64,000 nt of DNA from an uncultured Flavobacteriaceae bacterium (GTDB lineage: Bacteria > Bacteroidota > Bacteroidia > Flavobacteriales > Flavobacteriaceae): the NCBI GenBank assembly GCA_943787365.1, contig CALSMD010000006.1, positions 11,984-75,983 of the forward strand, read 5' to 3'. Positions 52,315 through 62,519 of this stretch are shown piece after piece. The position numbers and the translations under genes are program-made. Each line of letters starts with the position of its first letter. The stretch's first letter is position 1. Below the pieces are notes generated by a model that was given only the letters and a program-made list of their open reading frames with translations, ran no database searches and was not told where the DNA came from.

Positions 52315-52931
52315 TATTTCTGAATGATTACATAAGCGTTTTTAGGACCAGGAACACATCCTTTGATCACGAGTAGATTTTTTTCAGTTACTACTTTTAA
52401 AACTCTTAAATTTTGAACTTTTACTGTGTCGGTTCCCATACGTCCCGCCATTTTCATTCCTTTGAAAACTCGAGCTGGATACGAAGCCGCACCAATAGAT
52501 CCTGGCGCACGTAATCGGTTATGCTGACCGTGAGTCGCTTGACCTACACCCGCAAATCCATGACGTTTTACAACCCCTTGAAATCCTTTACCTTTTGAAG
52601 TTCCAGAAACATCAACAAATTCGCCTTCGACAAAATGTTCTACTGTTATGGTATCTCCTAATTTGTACTCCTCATCAAATCCTTTAAATTCCGCGACTTT
52701 TCTCTTAACAGAAGTACCTGCTTTTTTGGCATGACCTAAGTCAGCTTTTGTAGCACTTTTCTCTGTCTTGTCATCGAAACCTAGTTGAAGGGCTGAATAG
52801 CCATCAACTTCTTCGGTTCTGACTTGGGTAACAACGCATGGCCCAACTTCTAAAACGGTACATGGCATATTTTTACCATTCGCGTCGAAGATGCTGGTCA
52901 TTCCGATTTTTTTTCCTATTAACCCAGACAT
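52314..52931 (-). CDS. rplC: 50S ribosomal protein L3
   Basis: GKKIGMT, KGKGFQG, PGSIG. Confidence 0.98.
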   Translation of the reverse strand: MSGLIGKKIGMTSIFDANGKNMPCTVLEVGPCVVTQVRTEEVDGYSALQLGFDDKTEKSATKADLGHAKKAGTSVKRKVAEFKGFDEEYKLGDTITVEHFVEGEFVDVSGTSKGKGFQGVVKRHGFAGVGQATHGQHNRLRAPGSIGAASYPARVFKGMKMAGRMGTDTVKVQNLRVLKVVTEKNLLVIKGCVPGPKNAYVIIQK

Positions 52932-53112
52932 ATTTATTTATTTATTTATTAACTCTTTCTTATTTTATTCCAAAAACAAAGGGTCAAAACACATTTCAAC
53001 CCTGAATTGTACTTTTTCCGTTTTTCCCTCGCACTAAGCTTAGGACATGTAAATCACTGATTTTCAGTGAGTATTTCAACAAACACGAAGGTGTTCTCTG
53101 TTTTTCGAGCTG

Positions 53113-53120
53113 CAAATTTA
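53113..53120 (-). promoter_or_regulatory. Internal -7 promoter element for the rplC operon
   Basis: TAAATTTG followed by CAGC on the minus strand, about 180 nt upstream of rplC. Confidence 0.7.
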
Positions 53121-53229
53121 GATAAATTTAATCTATCTACCTAAATTATTTGAAACTTATTTTCACATAACAGACCTCTTTACTGATGATTTAGATATAT
53201 TTGGTTAAAACATTCTAAAATAAGGGGAT

Positions 53230-53262
53230 AAAAAAACCATCAAATTAAAATTTGATGGTTTC
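53230..53262 (-). terminator. Terminator after rpsJ
   Basis: aaaccatcaaatt-aa-aatttgatggttt inverted repeat with a U-tract on the minus strand. Confidence 0.75.
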
Positions 53263-53330
53263 GTTTTGTATAATTAAAAAATTACTCTTTTAAGAGAACT
53301 TAAATTATTTTAGAGGGTTGTGTAATATAA

Positions 53331-53636
53331 TTACACTTTAATCTCTACTTCTACACCGCTAGGCAATTCAAGTTTCATCAAAGCATCAATTGTTTTGGAG
53401 GATGAACTATAAATATCTAACAGTCTTTTATAAGAGCTTAATTGAAATTGTTCTCTCGATTTTTTATTAACGTGTGGAGAACGTAGTACAGTAAAAAGTT
53501 TTTTGTGTGTTGGTAATGGAATTGGACCCGTTACAATAGCACCTGTATTTTTTACGGTTTTTACAATCTTATCAGCAGACTTATCTACTAAGTTATGATC
53601 GTAAGACTTTAATTTTATTCTGATTTTTTGACTCAT
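53331..53636 (-). CDS. rpsJ: 30S ribosomal protein S10
   Basis: [21 protein letters not shown]. Confidence 0.98.
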   Translation of the reverse strand: MSQKIRIKLKSYDHNLVDKSADKIVKTVKNTGAIVTGPIPLPTHKKLFTVLRSPHVNKKSREQFQLSSYKRLLDIYSSSSKTIDALMKLELPSGVEVEIKV

Positions 53637-53647
53637 GTTCTTAACTT

Positions 53648-55774
53648 TTAAGATTGGACTCCTTTAGCTTCTTTAATAACTTCTTCTGAAATGTTTGAAG
53701 GCGTTTCAGCATAGTGTGAAAATTCCATAGTGGAAGTTGCACGACCTGATGACAGCGTTCTTAAGGTTGTTACATAACCAAACATTTCTGAAAGAGGCAC
53801 TGTAGCTTTTACAGTTTTTGCTCCTGCTCTATCGCCCATGTCACTTACTTGCCCACGACGACGGTTAAGGTCTCCTACAATATCTCCCATATTTTCTTCA
53901 GGAGTAATAACTTCTAATTTCATGATTGGTTCCATGATGACTGCTTTGGCTGCTTTGGCTGAGTTTTTAAACCCTAGCTTCGCGGCTAATTCAAAAGAAA
54001 GTTGATCCGAATCCACATCGTGGTATGACCCATCTTTTAAAGTAACTTTTACAGCATCCACTTCATAACCAGCAAGAGGTCCATTGACCATTGCCATTTT
54101 GAAACCTTTTTCAATAGAAGGAATGAATTCTTTTGGAACATTTCCACCTTTGATAGTAGAAATAAACTGAAGTCCTACAACACCTTCGTCTGCAGGCTCA
54201 ATTGTAAATGCGATATCTGCAAATTTTCCACGTCCACCAGATTGTTTCTTGTAAACTTCTCTGTGGTCAGCTGTTTGAGTAATTGCTTCTTTGTATTCAA
54301 CTTGAGGTTGACCTTGATTTACTTCGACTTTAAATTCACGACGTAAACGATCTACAATTACATCTAAGTGAAGCTCACCCATTCCCGATATAATTGTTTG
54401 CCCTGAAGATTCATCAGAACGCACAGTAAAGGTTGGATCTTCTTCAGCCAATTTAGCAAGTCCGATCCCTAATTTATCCACATCTGCTTTGGTTTTAGGC
54501 TCCACTGCGATACCAATTACGGGATCCGGAAAGTCCATAGACTCCAAAACGATAGGGTGCTTTTCATCTGATAATGTATCTCCTGTTTTGATGGATTTAA
54601 ATCCAACAGCAGCTCCAATATCTCCAGCTTCTATAAAATCAATTGCATTTTGCTTGTTTGCATGCATTTGGTAAATACGTGAAATACGTTCTTTTTTCCC
54701 AGAACGGTTATTCAAAACGTAAGATCCAGCATCTAAACGACCAGAGTAGGCTCTAAAAAATGCTAAACGACCAACAAAAGGATCGGTAGCAATTTTAAAT
54801 GCAAGTGCCGCAAACGGCTCTTTTACGTCTGGCTTACGTAGTTCTTCTGATTCTGTATCTGGATTCACACCTACAATTCCTTCTTTGTCTGTAGGTGCAG
54901 GTAAATAACGACATACAGCATCTAACAGAAACTGAACACCTTTATTTTTGAATGCAGACCCGCAAATCATAGGAATGATGGCCATATCCATTACAGCTGC
55001 TCTCAATGCTTTATGCACTTCTTCTTCTGTAATAGAATCTTCATCTTCCATGAATTTTTCTAAGAGATCCTCGTCATAACTTGCTACTTCTTCAATTAAG
55101 AGTGCACGGTATTTACGAGCTTCTTCTTTCATATCCTCAGGGATTTCGATCACATCGAAAGTTGCTCCTTGAGTTTTGTCATGCCATACAATAGCACGGT
55201 TTTTTACTAAATCAATCACACCTTTAAAATCCTCTTCGTCACCAATATTAAGAACGATTGGCACCGCATTTGATTTTAACATGTCTTTTACTTGCTGACA
55301 TACTCCTAAAAAGTCTGATCCTTGACGGTCCATTTTGTTAACGAAACCAATTCTAGGTACTTTATAGTTGTCTGCCAATCTCCAGTTCGTTTCAGATTGT
55401 GGTTCAACACCATCAACTGCACTAAATAAAAATACCAATCCATCAAGAACACGAAGCGATCTATTTACCTCAACAGTAAAATCTACGTGGCCAGGAGTGT
55501 CAATAATATTAAAGTGATATCCTTTGGTTTCTGGTGTTGGCTCCCCATTTTCAATTGGGAATTTCCACTCACAGGTTGTCGCTGCAGAAGTGATAGTAAT
55601 CCCACGTTCTTGCTCTTGCTCCATCCAATCCATTGTTGCAGCACCATCATGTACTTCTCCAATTTTGTGTGAAACACCTGTATAATAAAGGACGCGTTCG
55701 GTAGTCGTGGTTTTTCCAGCATCAATATGAGCTGCAATACCAATATTTCTTGTAAATCTTAAATCTCTTGCCAT
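53648..55774 (-). CDS. fusA: Elongation factor G
   Basis: [26 protein letters not shown]. Confidence 0.98.
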   Translation of the reverse strand: MARDLRFTRNIGIAAHIDAGKTTTTERVLYYTGVSHKIGEVHDGAATMDWMEQEQERGITITSAATTCEWKFPIENGEPTPETKGYHFNIIDTPGHVDFTVEVNRSLRVLDGLVFLFSAVDGVEPQSETNWRLADNYKVPRIGFVNKMDRQGSDFLGVCQQVKDMLKSNAVPIVLNIGDEEDFKGVIDLVKNRAIVWHDKTQGATFDVIEIPEDMKEEARKYRALLIEEVASYDEDLLEKFMEDEDSITEEEVHKALRAAVMDMAIIPMICGSAFKNKGVQFLLDAVCRYLPAPTDKEGIVGVNPDTESEELRKPDVKEPFAALAFKIATDPFVGRLAFFRAYSGRLDAGSYVLNNRSGKKERISRIYQMHANKQNAIDFIEAGDIGAAVGFKSIKTGDTLSDEKHPIVLESMDFPDPVIGIAVEPKTKADVDKLGIGLAKLAEEDPTFTVRSDESSGQTIISGMGELHLDVIVDRLRREFKVEVNQGQPQVEYKEAITQTADHREVYKKQSGGRGKFADIAFTIEPADEGVVGLQFISTIKGGNVPKEFIPSIEKGFKMAMVNGPLAGYEVDAVKVTLKDGSYHDVDSDQLSFELAAKLGFKNSAKAAKAVIMEPIMKLEVITPEENMGDIVGDLNRRRGQVSDMGDRAGAKTVKATVPLSEMFGYVTTLRTLSSGRATSTMEFSHYAETPSNISEEVIKEAKGVQS

Positions 55775-55780
55775 TTCTAA

Positions 55781-56257
55781 TTAGAATCTAAAGTGTGAGA
55801 ATGCTTTATTCGCTTCAGCCATCTTGTGCGTGTCTGTACGTTTTTTAACGGCAGCACCTTCTTCTTTAGCAGCTGCTAAAATTTCAGAAGCTAGCTTTAA
55901 AGCCATAGATTTTTCATTACGTTTTCTTGAAAAACTAATCAACCACTTCATCGCAGTTGATATTTTACGATCTGGTCGTATTTGCATTGGAATTTGAAAG
56001 GTTGCACCTCCAACACGACGGCTACGTACTTCTACGTGTGGCATCACATTAGATAGAGCATCTTTCCAGATTTCTAAAGCTGTTTTTTCTTCGTCCGTTT
56101 TCTTTTCATCAACGATTTCAATCGCATCATAAAAAATTTTAAATGCGGTTGACTTTTTGCCATCCCACATCATCATGTTAACGAAACGTGTTACCAACTG
56201 ATCGTTAAATTTAGGATCTGGCAACAGCGGTCTTTTTTTCGCCTGTTTTTTTCTCAT
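55781..56257 (-). CDS. rpsG: 30S ribosomal protein S7
   Basis: [19 protein letters not shown]. Confidence 0.98.
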   Translation of the reverse strand: MRKKQAKKRPLLPDPKFNDQLVTRFVNMMMWDGKKSTAFKIFYDAIEIVDEKKTDEEKTALEIWKDALSNVMPHVEVRSRRVGGATFQIPMQIRPDRKISTAMKWLISFSRKRNEKSMALKLASEILAAAKEEGAAVKKRTDTHKMAEANKAFSHFRF

Positions 56258-56277
56258 GTCTTCTTAATTAAAAATAA

Positions 56278-56652
56278 TTATTTTTTAGGGCGTTTAGCAC
56301 CATATTTAGATCTACGTTGTGTACGACCTGAAACACCTGCGGTGTCTAAAGCCCCACGTACAATGTGGTATCTAACTCCTGGTAAATCTTTTACCCTTCC
56401 ACCTCTAACTAATACTATCGAGTGCTCCTGTAAATTATGTCCTTCACCACCGATGTATGCGTTGACTTCGTTTCCATTTGTCAACCGAACTCTTGCTACT
56501 TTACGCATTGCTGAGTTTGGTTTTTTTGGAGTCGTCGTGTAAACACGCGTACACACACCACGTCGCTGAGGACAAGAATCTAAAGCAGCCGATTTACTCT
56601 TCTTAGTTATTTTGGCTCTTCCTTTTCTTACTAATTGTGAAATTGTTGGCAT
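56278..56652 (-). CDS. rpsL: 30S ribosomal protein S12
   Basis: MPTISQL, PKKPNSA, RVKDLPG. Confidence 0.98.
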   Translation of the reverse strand: MPTISQLVRKGRAKITKKSKSAALDSCPQRRGVCTRVYTTTPKKPNSAMRKVARVRLTNGNEVNAYIGGEGHNLQEHSIVLVRGGRVKDLPGVRYHIVRGALDTAGVSGRTQRRSKYGAKRPKK

Positions 56653-56695
56653 ATTATATATACTGTTTTTTTAAAATCCTCTTCTTAGAGGGCTG

Positions 56696-56703
56696 CAAAG
56701 GTA
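56696..56703 (-). promoter_or_regulatory. -7 promoter element for the str operon
   Basis: TACCTTTG followed by CAGC on the minus strand. Confidence 0.7.
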
Positions 56704-56805
56704 AACATTAAAATGAATTATTCAAATCATAACCCTATAATTTTAAAATATTTACGTTTTTTTCATTCGTTTGAATATTTAGAACCCTTTTTACGTTAGA
56801 TTTAC

Positions 56806-58509
56806 ATGGAAATCATAAATGTGGCGCATCAATTGAACTTATTTCTTAAGGTTTTATGTGTATTTGGAGTTTTTAGTTTGAGCACTGCCCAAGAGCTCCA
56901 ATTGAAAATTATTAGCAAGGACTCCATTGAAACAAATATAATCAACTCTATAGGATACCCAAAGACCTTTGATAACTTTGACGATTTACAAACGGAGGTC
57001 TCTCTTTTTAAAGACCAACTGTACATACGTGGGTATATCGAAGCACAACTTCTTGAAATTTCTCAAACGCCCCCTTTACTCGTTGCGAAACTCTCACTAG
57101 GTCCAAAATATGAGTCTATACAACTCTATGCAAATAAATCCGTGTTTGAACTTTTAGAAATGGATGGCGTTAAAGATCTTGAAAGCACCCCTTATTATAA
57201 GGCTGAAATCATAACACTAAAACCCTTACTGAATTCTCTTACTGAATTTTTAACCGCTAAAAGTTATCCCTTTGCGTCCATTTCATTAAAACGAATCTCA
57301 CCTATTGGGAAATCCACACTCAGAGCAGATTTAGTCGTAGAAACTAAGCAAGCTCGACAACTTCAATCTGTTGAAATTAAAGGGTATGAAAAGTTTCCGC
57401 GTTCGTTCATTAAGCATTATCTCGGAATAAAAACAAATACACCTTTCGATCTCAAAGCAATTCAATCCAAAACCGAAGCTATAAACCAACTCTTGTTTGC
57501 CAAACAAATTCGACCTGCAGAAGTGCTCTTTACTCAAGACACCACCCGTGTCTATTTAAATTTAGAAAAAACAAAAAGCAATCGTTTTGATGGATTTTTA
57601 GGGTTTGGTTCGGATGAAACTTCAGGAGGTTTGGAACTCAATGGCTACCTCAACCTAAACTTGATTAATAATTTGAATTTTGGGGAATCCTTTCGACTTA
57701 ATTATAGAAGTGATGAAAATGATCTTAAAACATTTGAAGCACAGCTCACTCTTCCCTACTTGTTTAAAACTCCTATTGGGAGTGAACTCGAATTGAATAT
57801 TGTTAAAAAAGACAGCACGTTCACTACCGCCGAACAAGCTGCGAGTGTGTATTATCAGATCAATCCAAAGCAAAAAGTGTTTTTAGGAATTCGATCTACC
57901 CAGTCGAATGCTTTATTGCCAGAAACGACCAGCAACGTCAGTGATTATAAAACCAATGCCTATGAGCTTAAATACACCTATCAACAACGTACACCTCAAA
58001 ACTTATTAGTTCCTGTAAGCAGCGCCATAGAATTTCGTTTATCTAAATCCAAACGAAAAATCATGAACGAAAAAACAAACCAATTGCATTATTTATTAAA
58101 AACGTCCAAAGTATTTAACTTGAATCCCAAGAATAGTTTTTACATCCAATTACAAGTACAGGGAATTGATTCGGATACCTATTTATTCAACGAACTCATC
58201 CGATTTGGAGGTATAAACTCTATAAGAGGATTTGAAGAAAATAGCATCAATGCATCTAGACTTGGAGTTTTGGCTTCTGAATACCGCTACCAACTAAGCC
58301 CATCACTCTACGTCCACACTATAATAGATGCAGGATATTTTGAAACACCCATTGTATCGGATCAAAAACTCTATGGATTTGGCTTTGGATTTGGACTCCT
58401 TACGGATGCTGGACTCTTAAAATTTAATTTAGCAAATGGACAAGTAGAGAATCAAACCTTCAAATTCTCAGACTCTAAAATACACTTAAGCTTGAGAGCT
58501 ACTTTCTAA
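56806..58509 (+). CDS. Omp85-superfamily (TamA/BamA/ShlB-like) outer membrane protein with POTRA region
   Basis: RFGGINSIRGF (VRGF-like loop), alternating beta strands, terminal Phe; exact start uncertain. Confidence 0.8.
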   Translation: MEIINVAHQLNLFLKVLCVFGVFSLSTAQELQLKIISKDSIETNIINSIGYPKTFDNFDDLQTEVSLFKDQLYIRGYIEAQLLEISQTPPLLVAKLSLGPKYESIQLYANKSVFELLEMDGVKDLESTPYYKAEIITLKPLLNSLTEFLTAKSYPFASISLKRISPIGKSTLRADLVVETKQARQLQSVEIKGYEKFPRSFIKHYLGIKTNTPFDLKAIQSKTEAINQLLFAKQIRPAEVLFTQDTTRVYLNLEKTKSNRFDGFLGFGSDETSGGLELNGYLNLNLINNLNFGESFRLNYRSDENDLKTFEAQLTLPYLFKTPIGSELELNIVKKDSTFTTAEQAASVYYQINPKQKVFLGIRSTQSNALLPETTSNVSDYKTNAYELKYTYQQRTPQNLLVPVSSAIEFRLSKSKRKIMNEKTNQLHYLLKTSKVFNLNPKNSFYIQLQVQGIDSDTYLFNELIRFGGINSIRGFEENSINASRLGVLASEYRYQLSPSLYVHTIIDAGYFETPIVSDQKLYGFGFGFGLLTDAGLLKFNLANGQVENQTFKFSDSKIHLSLRATF

Positions 58510-58774
58510 AGCAATTTCTTAAGCATCATTTTTATAATTCTATTGACATGATCCCAAAAACCATTGTATAGAGGTTTTTTTATGCCTTAGATTTTTGCGT
58601 TTTCTGATTACAAAACCGACTTAGGGCAACCACAACTTTCATATTTATGATTCATCATAACATCTTAGATGAAAAACAAATTGTTAAATAAATGTTAAAA
58701 TATAAGGGGTTTATTTTTTTTTATTAACTTATTATTAAGACTTTTGGATAGACTAATTCAAAATAATTGAAAGA

Positions 58775-59128
58775 ATGAAAACCAAATTTACATTGACCTT
58801 AACGCTATTTATGGCGTTAATTGTGCAACTAACCTTTGCACAACAGAGAACAATTTCAGGAACGGTTTCTGATGAAAACGGATTGTCGTTAAGTGGTCTT
58901 GCTGATGGAAGCTACTTCCTTGTTGTGGATCTTTACGACAATCCGTTTTCAACTTTAAACACAGGTCAACCCTTGCCAATTTCACTGAATATAAGCCAAG
59001 AATATTTCCCAGAGACTGAGACAACGATTATTCATAATGGCTACACCACGGACAGTAGTAGTGGGTTACAAGCAATTGCAACATTGGACGTTGTAGGAGG
59101 TTATAATTACAACGTTACTCCTTTATAA
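58775..59128 (+). pseudogene. Chimeric 117-aa ORF: SusC N-terminus fused in frame to an unrelated C-terminal domain
   Basis: First 37 aa align with the downstream SusC (MKTKF...MxxxVQxxFAQ..ISG.VSD.NGL); similarity is lost at about 58886. Confidence 0.7.
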
Positions 59129-59150
59129 AAACAAAATTCTAAAAAATTCT

Positions 59151-59178
59151 AAAAACCCCGCAATGCGGGGTTTTTTTG
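59151..59178 (+). terminator. Rho-independent terminator after the chimeric ORF
   Basis: aaaaaccccgc-aat-gcggggttttttt. Confidence 0.85.
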
Positions 59179-59236
59179 TGTTAAAGTTTAAACTTAAAAG
59201 AAATTCAAATCAACTTTGATTTAAAAAAAACACTCT

Positions 59237-59261
59237 AAACCACCCACACGGGTGGTTTTTT
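59237..59261 (+). terminator. Second terminator-like hairpin
   Basis: aaaccaccc-acac-gggtggtttttt. Confidence 0.7.
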
Positions 59262-59467
59262 AATTTATAACATTAGCATATAATTATTAACATAAATTAC
59301 CTTAACATTTAGTTTAAAATAAAATAAACATTTATAAACATAATTCATTATTATTACAATGTTTAGCTAAAAATGTTTAACAAATTAATAACATTTATAA
59401 ACAAAAAGTTGCTTATTTGACTTATAATTGTCACTTTTGCGAGGACTAATTTAAATAAATAACAAAA

Positions 59468-62400
59468 ATGAAAACAAAGTTTAGTGGAATACTAATGCTA
59501 ATGTTAGCGTTAGTTGTGCAAATTTCATTTGCACAAGAAAAGAAAGTTTCAGGAAATGTTTCTGATAATAACGGACTGCCATTACCTGGTGCAACTGTTG
59601 TTATAGATGGAACTACATCTGGAGTTTCAACTGATTTTGATGGGAATTATTCTATTAATGCTAACGTTGGTGACGTACTCGCTTTTAGCTACATAGGATA
59701 TGCTACCCAATCACAAACTGTTGGAGCAAGTAACACAATTAACGTAGTTTTAGTTACAGATACTAACTTAGATGAAGTGGTAGTACAAGCTTTTAGAACA
59801 ACTTCTAAAGCAACTTCCAACATTGCATCAACTACAGTAACTGCTCAAACCATTGAGTCAAGGCCAAATGCTTCTTTTGTTCAAACTCTTCAAGGACAAG
59901 TAGCAGGTCTTAACATTACAACAGGAAATGGACAACCTGGAGGAAACAGTTTAATTAACTTAAGAGGGGTCTCTTCTATTTCTGGTAATACAGAACCATT
60001 ATTTATTATTGATGGTGTACCAGTAGATGAAGATAACTTTAGAAGTTTAAATCCAAATGATATTGCTTCATTATCTGTTCTTAAAGATGCAGGTGCAACA
60101 GCAATTTATGGTAACAGAGGGGCAAATGGTGTAATCATCATTAATACCAAAGTTGGAGCGTATGAAACAGGTTTAAAAGTGACTTACAGTGGCTTAACAA
60201 GTTTCTCTAACTTACAAGGAAACAATTACAACCTAATGAACTCTAGAGAGCAACTTCAATTAGAAAAAGATTTTGGTGCTGGATTTGGAGCAACGCTCTC
60301 TGATGTTGAGTTAGAAGAGCGTGCATCTCAAGTAAACACTGACTGGTTAGATGTATTCTTTGGAACTGCACTAACCCAGAGCCATACTATCAGCTTATCT
60401 TCAGGGGGTAAAAACCTAAATTCATTTACATCTTTAGGATTTCAAGATCAACAAGGTATTTTGAAAAGAGCCAGTACATTAAAGCGTTTCAACTTCAGAA
60501 ACAACATCAACGGTAAATCTAATAGCGGAAAATTTAGATACTCCACTGCTTTATCAATCAACTACTCTGAAAGTGACGAAGCAAACTCCATTGGCTCAGG
60601 AGCTATTAACAGAAATTTTGCACTTGGTGCAAACATGAGTGTTCCTTACATCTCTCCGAGTTCTTATATTTCTGGAGAAGGAGCTAACATCCCCGTGAAT
60701 TTTGCAAACACACCTCTAATGTTGCTAGATCGTTTAGAAACTTACACAAGACGTGAAGATGAAATTAAAGTCATTGCAAGTCTTAAAGCGAGCTATGACA
60801 TCACAGACAATATTACTTTTAACAGTAGATTCGGTGCCGATTTCACAGACGAACAATTACTAAGAGTAGAGGCTCCAACCTCTTTTAATGCTCAATTATT
60901 TGCTGAAACAGGAAACGTAACTCCTGGATTTTCAGATCAAAATTCTAACAGATCTATCTTCCTAAATTTTAACAACTCATTAAGTTATACAAATACATTT
61001 GCTGAAAAACACAGCTTAGAAGTATCGCTTTTTACAGAGTACTTTAAAGCGCACTGGAGAAGCTTTGGTGTAAGGCAAGAAGGGTTTGACCCAGCTACAT
61101 TTTATCCTGGTGATGGTGCAGCTTTCGTAGATGATAATGCTGCCAATGATAACTTTGTGGATACCGCATCTGCAAATATTCAAAATGCAGGTTTATTCTC
61201 ATACTTCGCCTATGCAGATTATGATTATGACAAAACTTACGGAGTTTCTGCCACTATTAGACGAGATGCTTCTTACCGATTTGCTGACTCTAACAAATGG
61301 GGTACATTCTGGTCTGTTTCGGGGCGATTGAATGTTTCTAACTTCATGGAAAATGTAGAATTTGTAAACAGTCTAAAACTTAGAGCTTCTTACGGAACTG
61401 CAGGAAACCAACGTATTGTTGATTCTGGTGGAGCATTTGCACCTTTTGGAGCTGCTGATTTAACTAGAGATTTATTTGTAACTGGTGGGCAGTACGGCGG
61501 TGTCAACGGTCTTTCATTTGGACAAATTGGAAACAATAATTTAAAATGGGAAACAGTAGTGCAAGCAAACGTAGGTGTTGATTTTTCTTTATTTAACAGA
61601 GTTCGTGGTAGTTTTGATGTTTACAAGAAAAATACCGAAGATTTATTCTTCCCTACTCCAATATCTCCAGCACTTAATGGATCTCAAACATCAATTAGTG
61701 CTAATGTTGGAGAGTTACAAAATTCTGGGTATGATATAGAATTACACTATGACATCTTAAAGTCTCAAAAGCAAAACGGTCTTAATGTAACGCTTAACTT
61801 TGTTGGAAACTACAACGAGCAAGAAGTCATCAGCCTAGGTTCTGGTGGAGACATTCCTTACGGACTTAGAGTTGGAGGTGTAATTGGTGAATACTATGCT
61901 GCACCATTTGTAGGAGTAAATCCAGCAAACGGAAACTTATTGTTCGAAGATATTAATGGTGATATTACTGAAAACTTAGTAGAAACAGATCAACGTGCAA
62001 CAGGATTAAACATATATCCAGATTACCAAGGTAGTTTTGGTTTCGATGCTGACTTTAAAAACTTCTTCATCACAACACAATTTAACTATGCAATTGGGGT
62101 AGATCGATATGACTTTGATTACAACAACTTCATGGATCCACAAAATATTGGACAATTCAGACACTCTAGAGATATTTTAAATGCTTGGCAACAGCCTGGT
62201 GATATTACAAATGTACCATCACTTAATGCTTCTAACTTAGCAGACCAGTCGTTCTCAGACAGAGATTTAAGAGAAGCAGATTACTTAAGACTTCGTTTTA
62301 TCCAATTAGGATACAACATCCCTAAAGTAATCCTAGACAAAACAGGATTCTCATACATAAGAGCATTTGTTGGTGGTGAAAACTTACTAACGTTTTCCAA

Positions 62401-62494
62401 ATGGAGAGGATTTGATGCTGAAGGTACAGGATCATCTCAATGGGGTTATCCAACTCCAAAGACTTTTTCTGTAGGACTTGAATTTGGATTTTAA
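59468..62494 (+). CDS. SusC/RagA family TonB-dependent outer membrane receptor
   Basis: PLPGATV, TDFDGNY, EPLFIIDGVP, VLKDAGATAIYGNRGANGVIII, LKWET, terminal Phe. Confidence 0.96.
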   Translation: MKTKFSGILMLMLALVVQISFAQEKKVSGNVSDNNGLPLPGATVVIDGTTSGVSTDFDGNYSINANVGDVLAFSYIGYATQSQTVGASNTINVVLVTDTNLDEVVVQAFRTTSKATSNIASTTVTAQTIESRPNASFVQTLQGQVAGLNITTGNGQPGGNSLINLRGVSSISGNTEPLFIIDGVPVDEDNFRSLNPNDIASLSVLKDAGATAIYGNRGANGVIIINTKVGAYETGLKVTYSGLTSFSNLQGNNYNLMNSREQLQLEKDFGAGFGATLSDVELEERASQVNTDWLDVFFGTALTQSHTISLSSGGKNLNSFTSLGFQDQQGILKRASTLKRFNFRNNINGKSNSGKFRYSTALSINYSESDEANSIGSGAINRNFALGANMSVPYISPSSYISGEGANIPVNFANTPLMLLDRLETYTRREDEIKVIASLKASYDITDNITFNSRFGADFTDEQLLRVEAPTSFNAQLFAETGNVTPGFSDQNSNRSIFLNFNNSLSYTNTFAEKHSLEVSLFTEYFKAHWRSFGVRQEGFDPATFYPGDGAAFVDDNAANDNFVDTASANIQNAGLFSYFAYADYDYDKTYGVSATIRRDASYRFADSNKWGTFWSVSGRLNVSNFMENVEFVNSLKLRASYGTAGNQRIVDSGGAFAPFGAADLTRDLFVTGGQYGGVNGLSFGQIGNNNLKWETVVQANVGVDFSLFNRVRGSFDVYKKNTEDLFFPTPISPALNGSQTSISANVGELQNSGYDIELHYDILKSQKQNGLNVTLNFVGNYNEQEVISLGSGGDIPYGLRVGGVIGEYYAAPFVGVNPANGNLLFEDINGDITENLVETDQRATGLNIYPDYQGSFGFDADFKNFFITTQFNYAIGVDRYDFDYNNFMDPQNIGQFRHSRDILNAWQQPGDITNVPSLNASNLADQSFSDRDLREADYLRLRFIQLGYNIPKVILDKTGFSYIRAFVGGENLLTFSKWRGFDAEGTGSSQWGYPTPKTFSVGLEFGF

Positions 62495-62519
62495 TACTAT
62501 AACTTAAAAACATAAAAAC

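Noticed and set aside
52933-52950. (ATTT)n microsatellite before rplC
   Set aside because: Short; reads as an A-rich translation-initiation region on the coding strand, as typical for Bacteroidota.
53331-56652. No tuf after fusA; no adk/map after secY
   Set aside because: Known lineage gene order, with no sign of a deletion scar.
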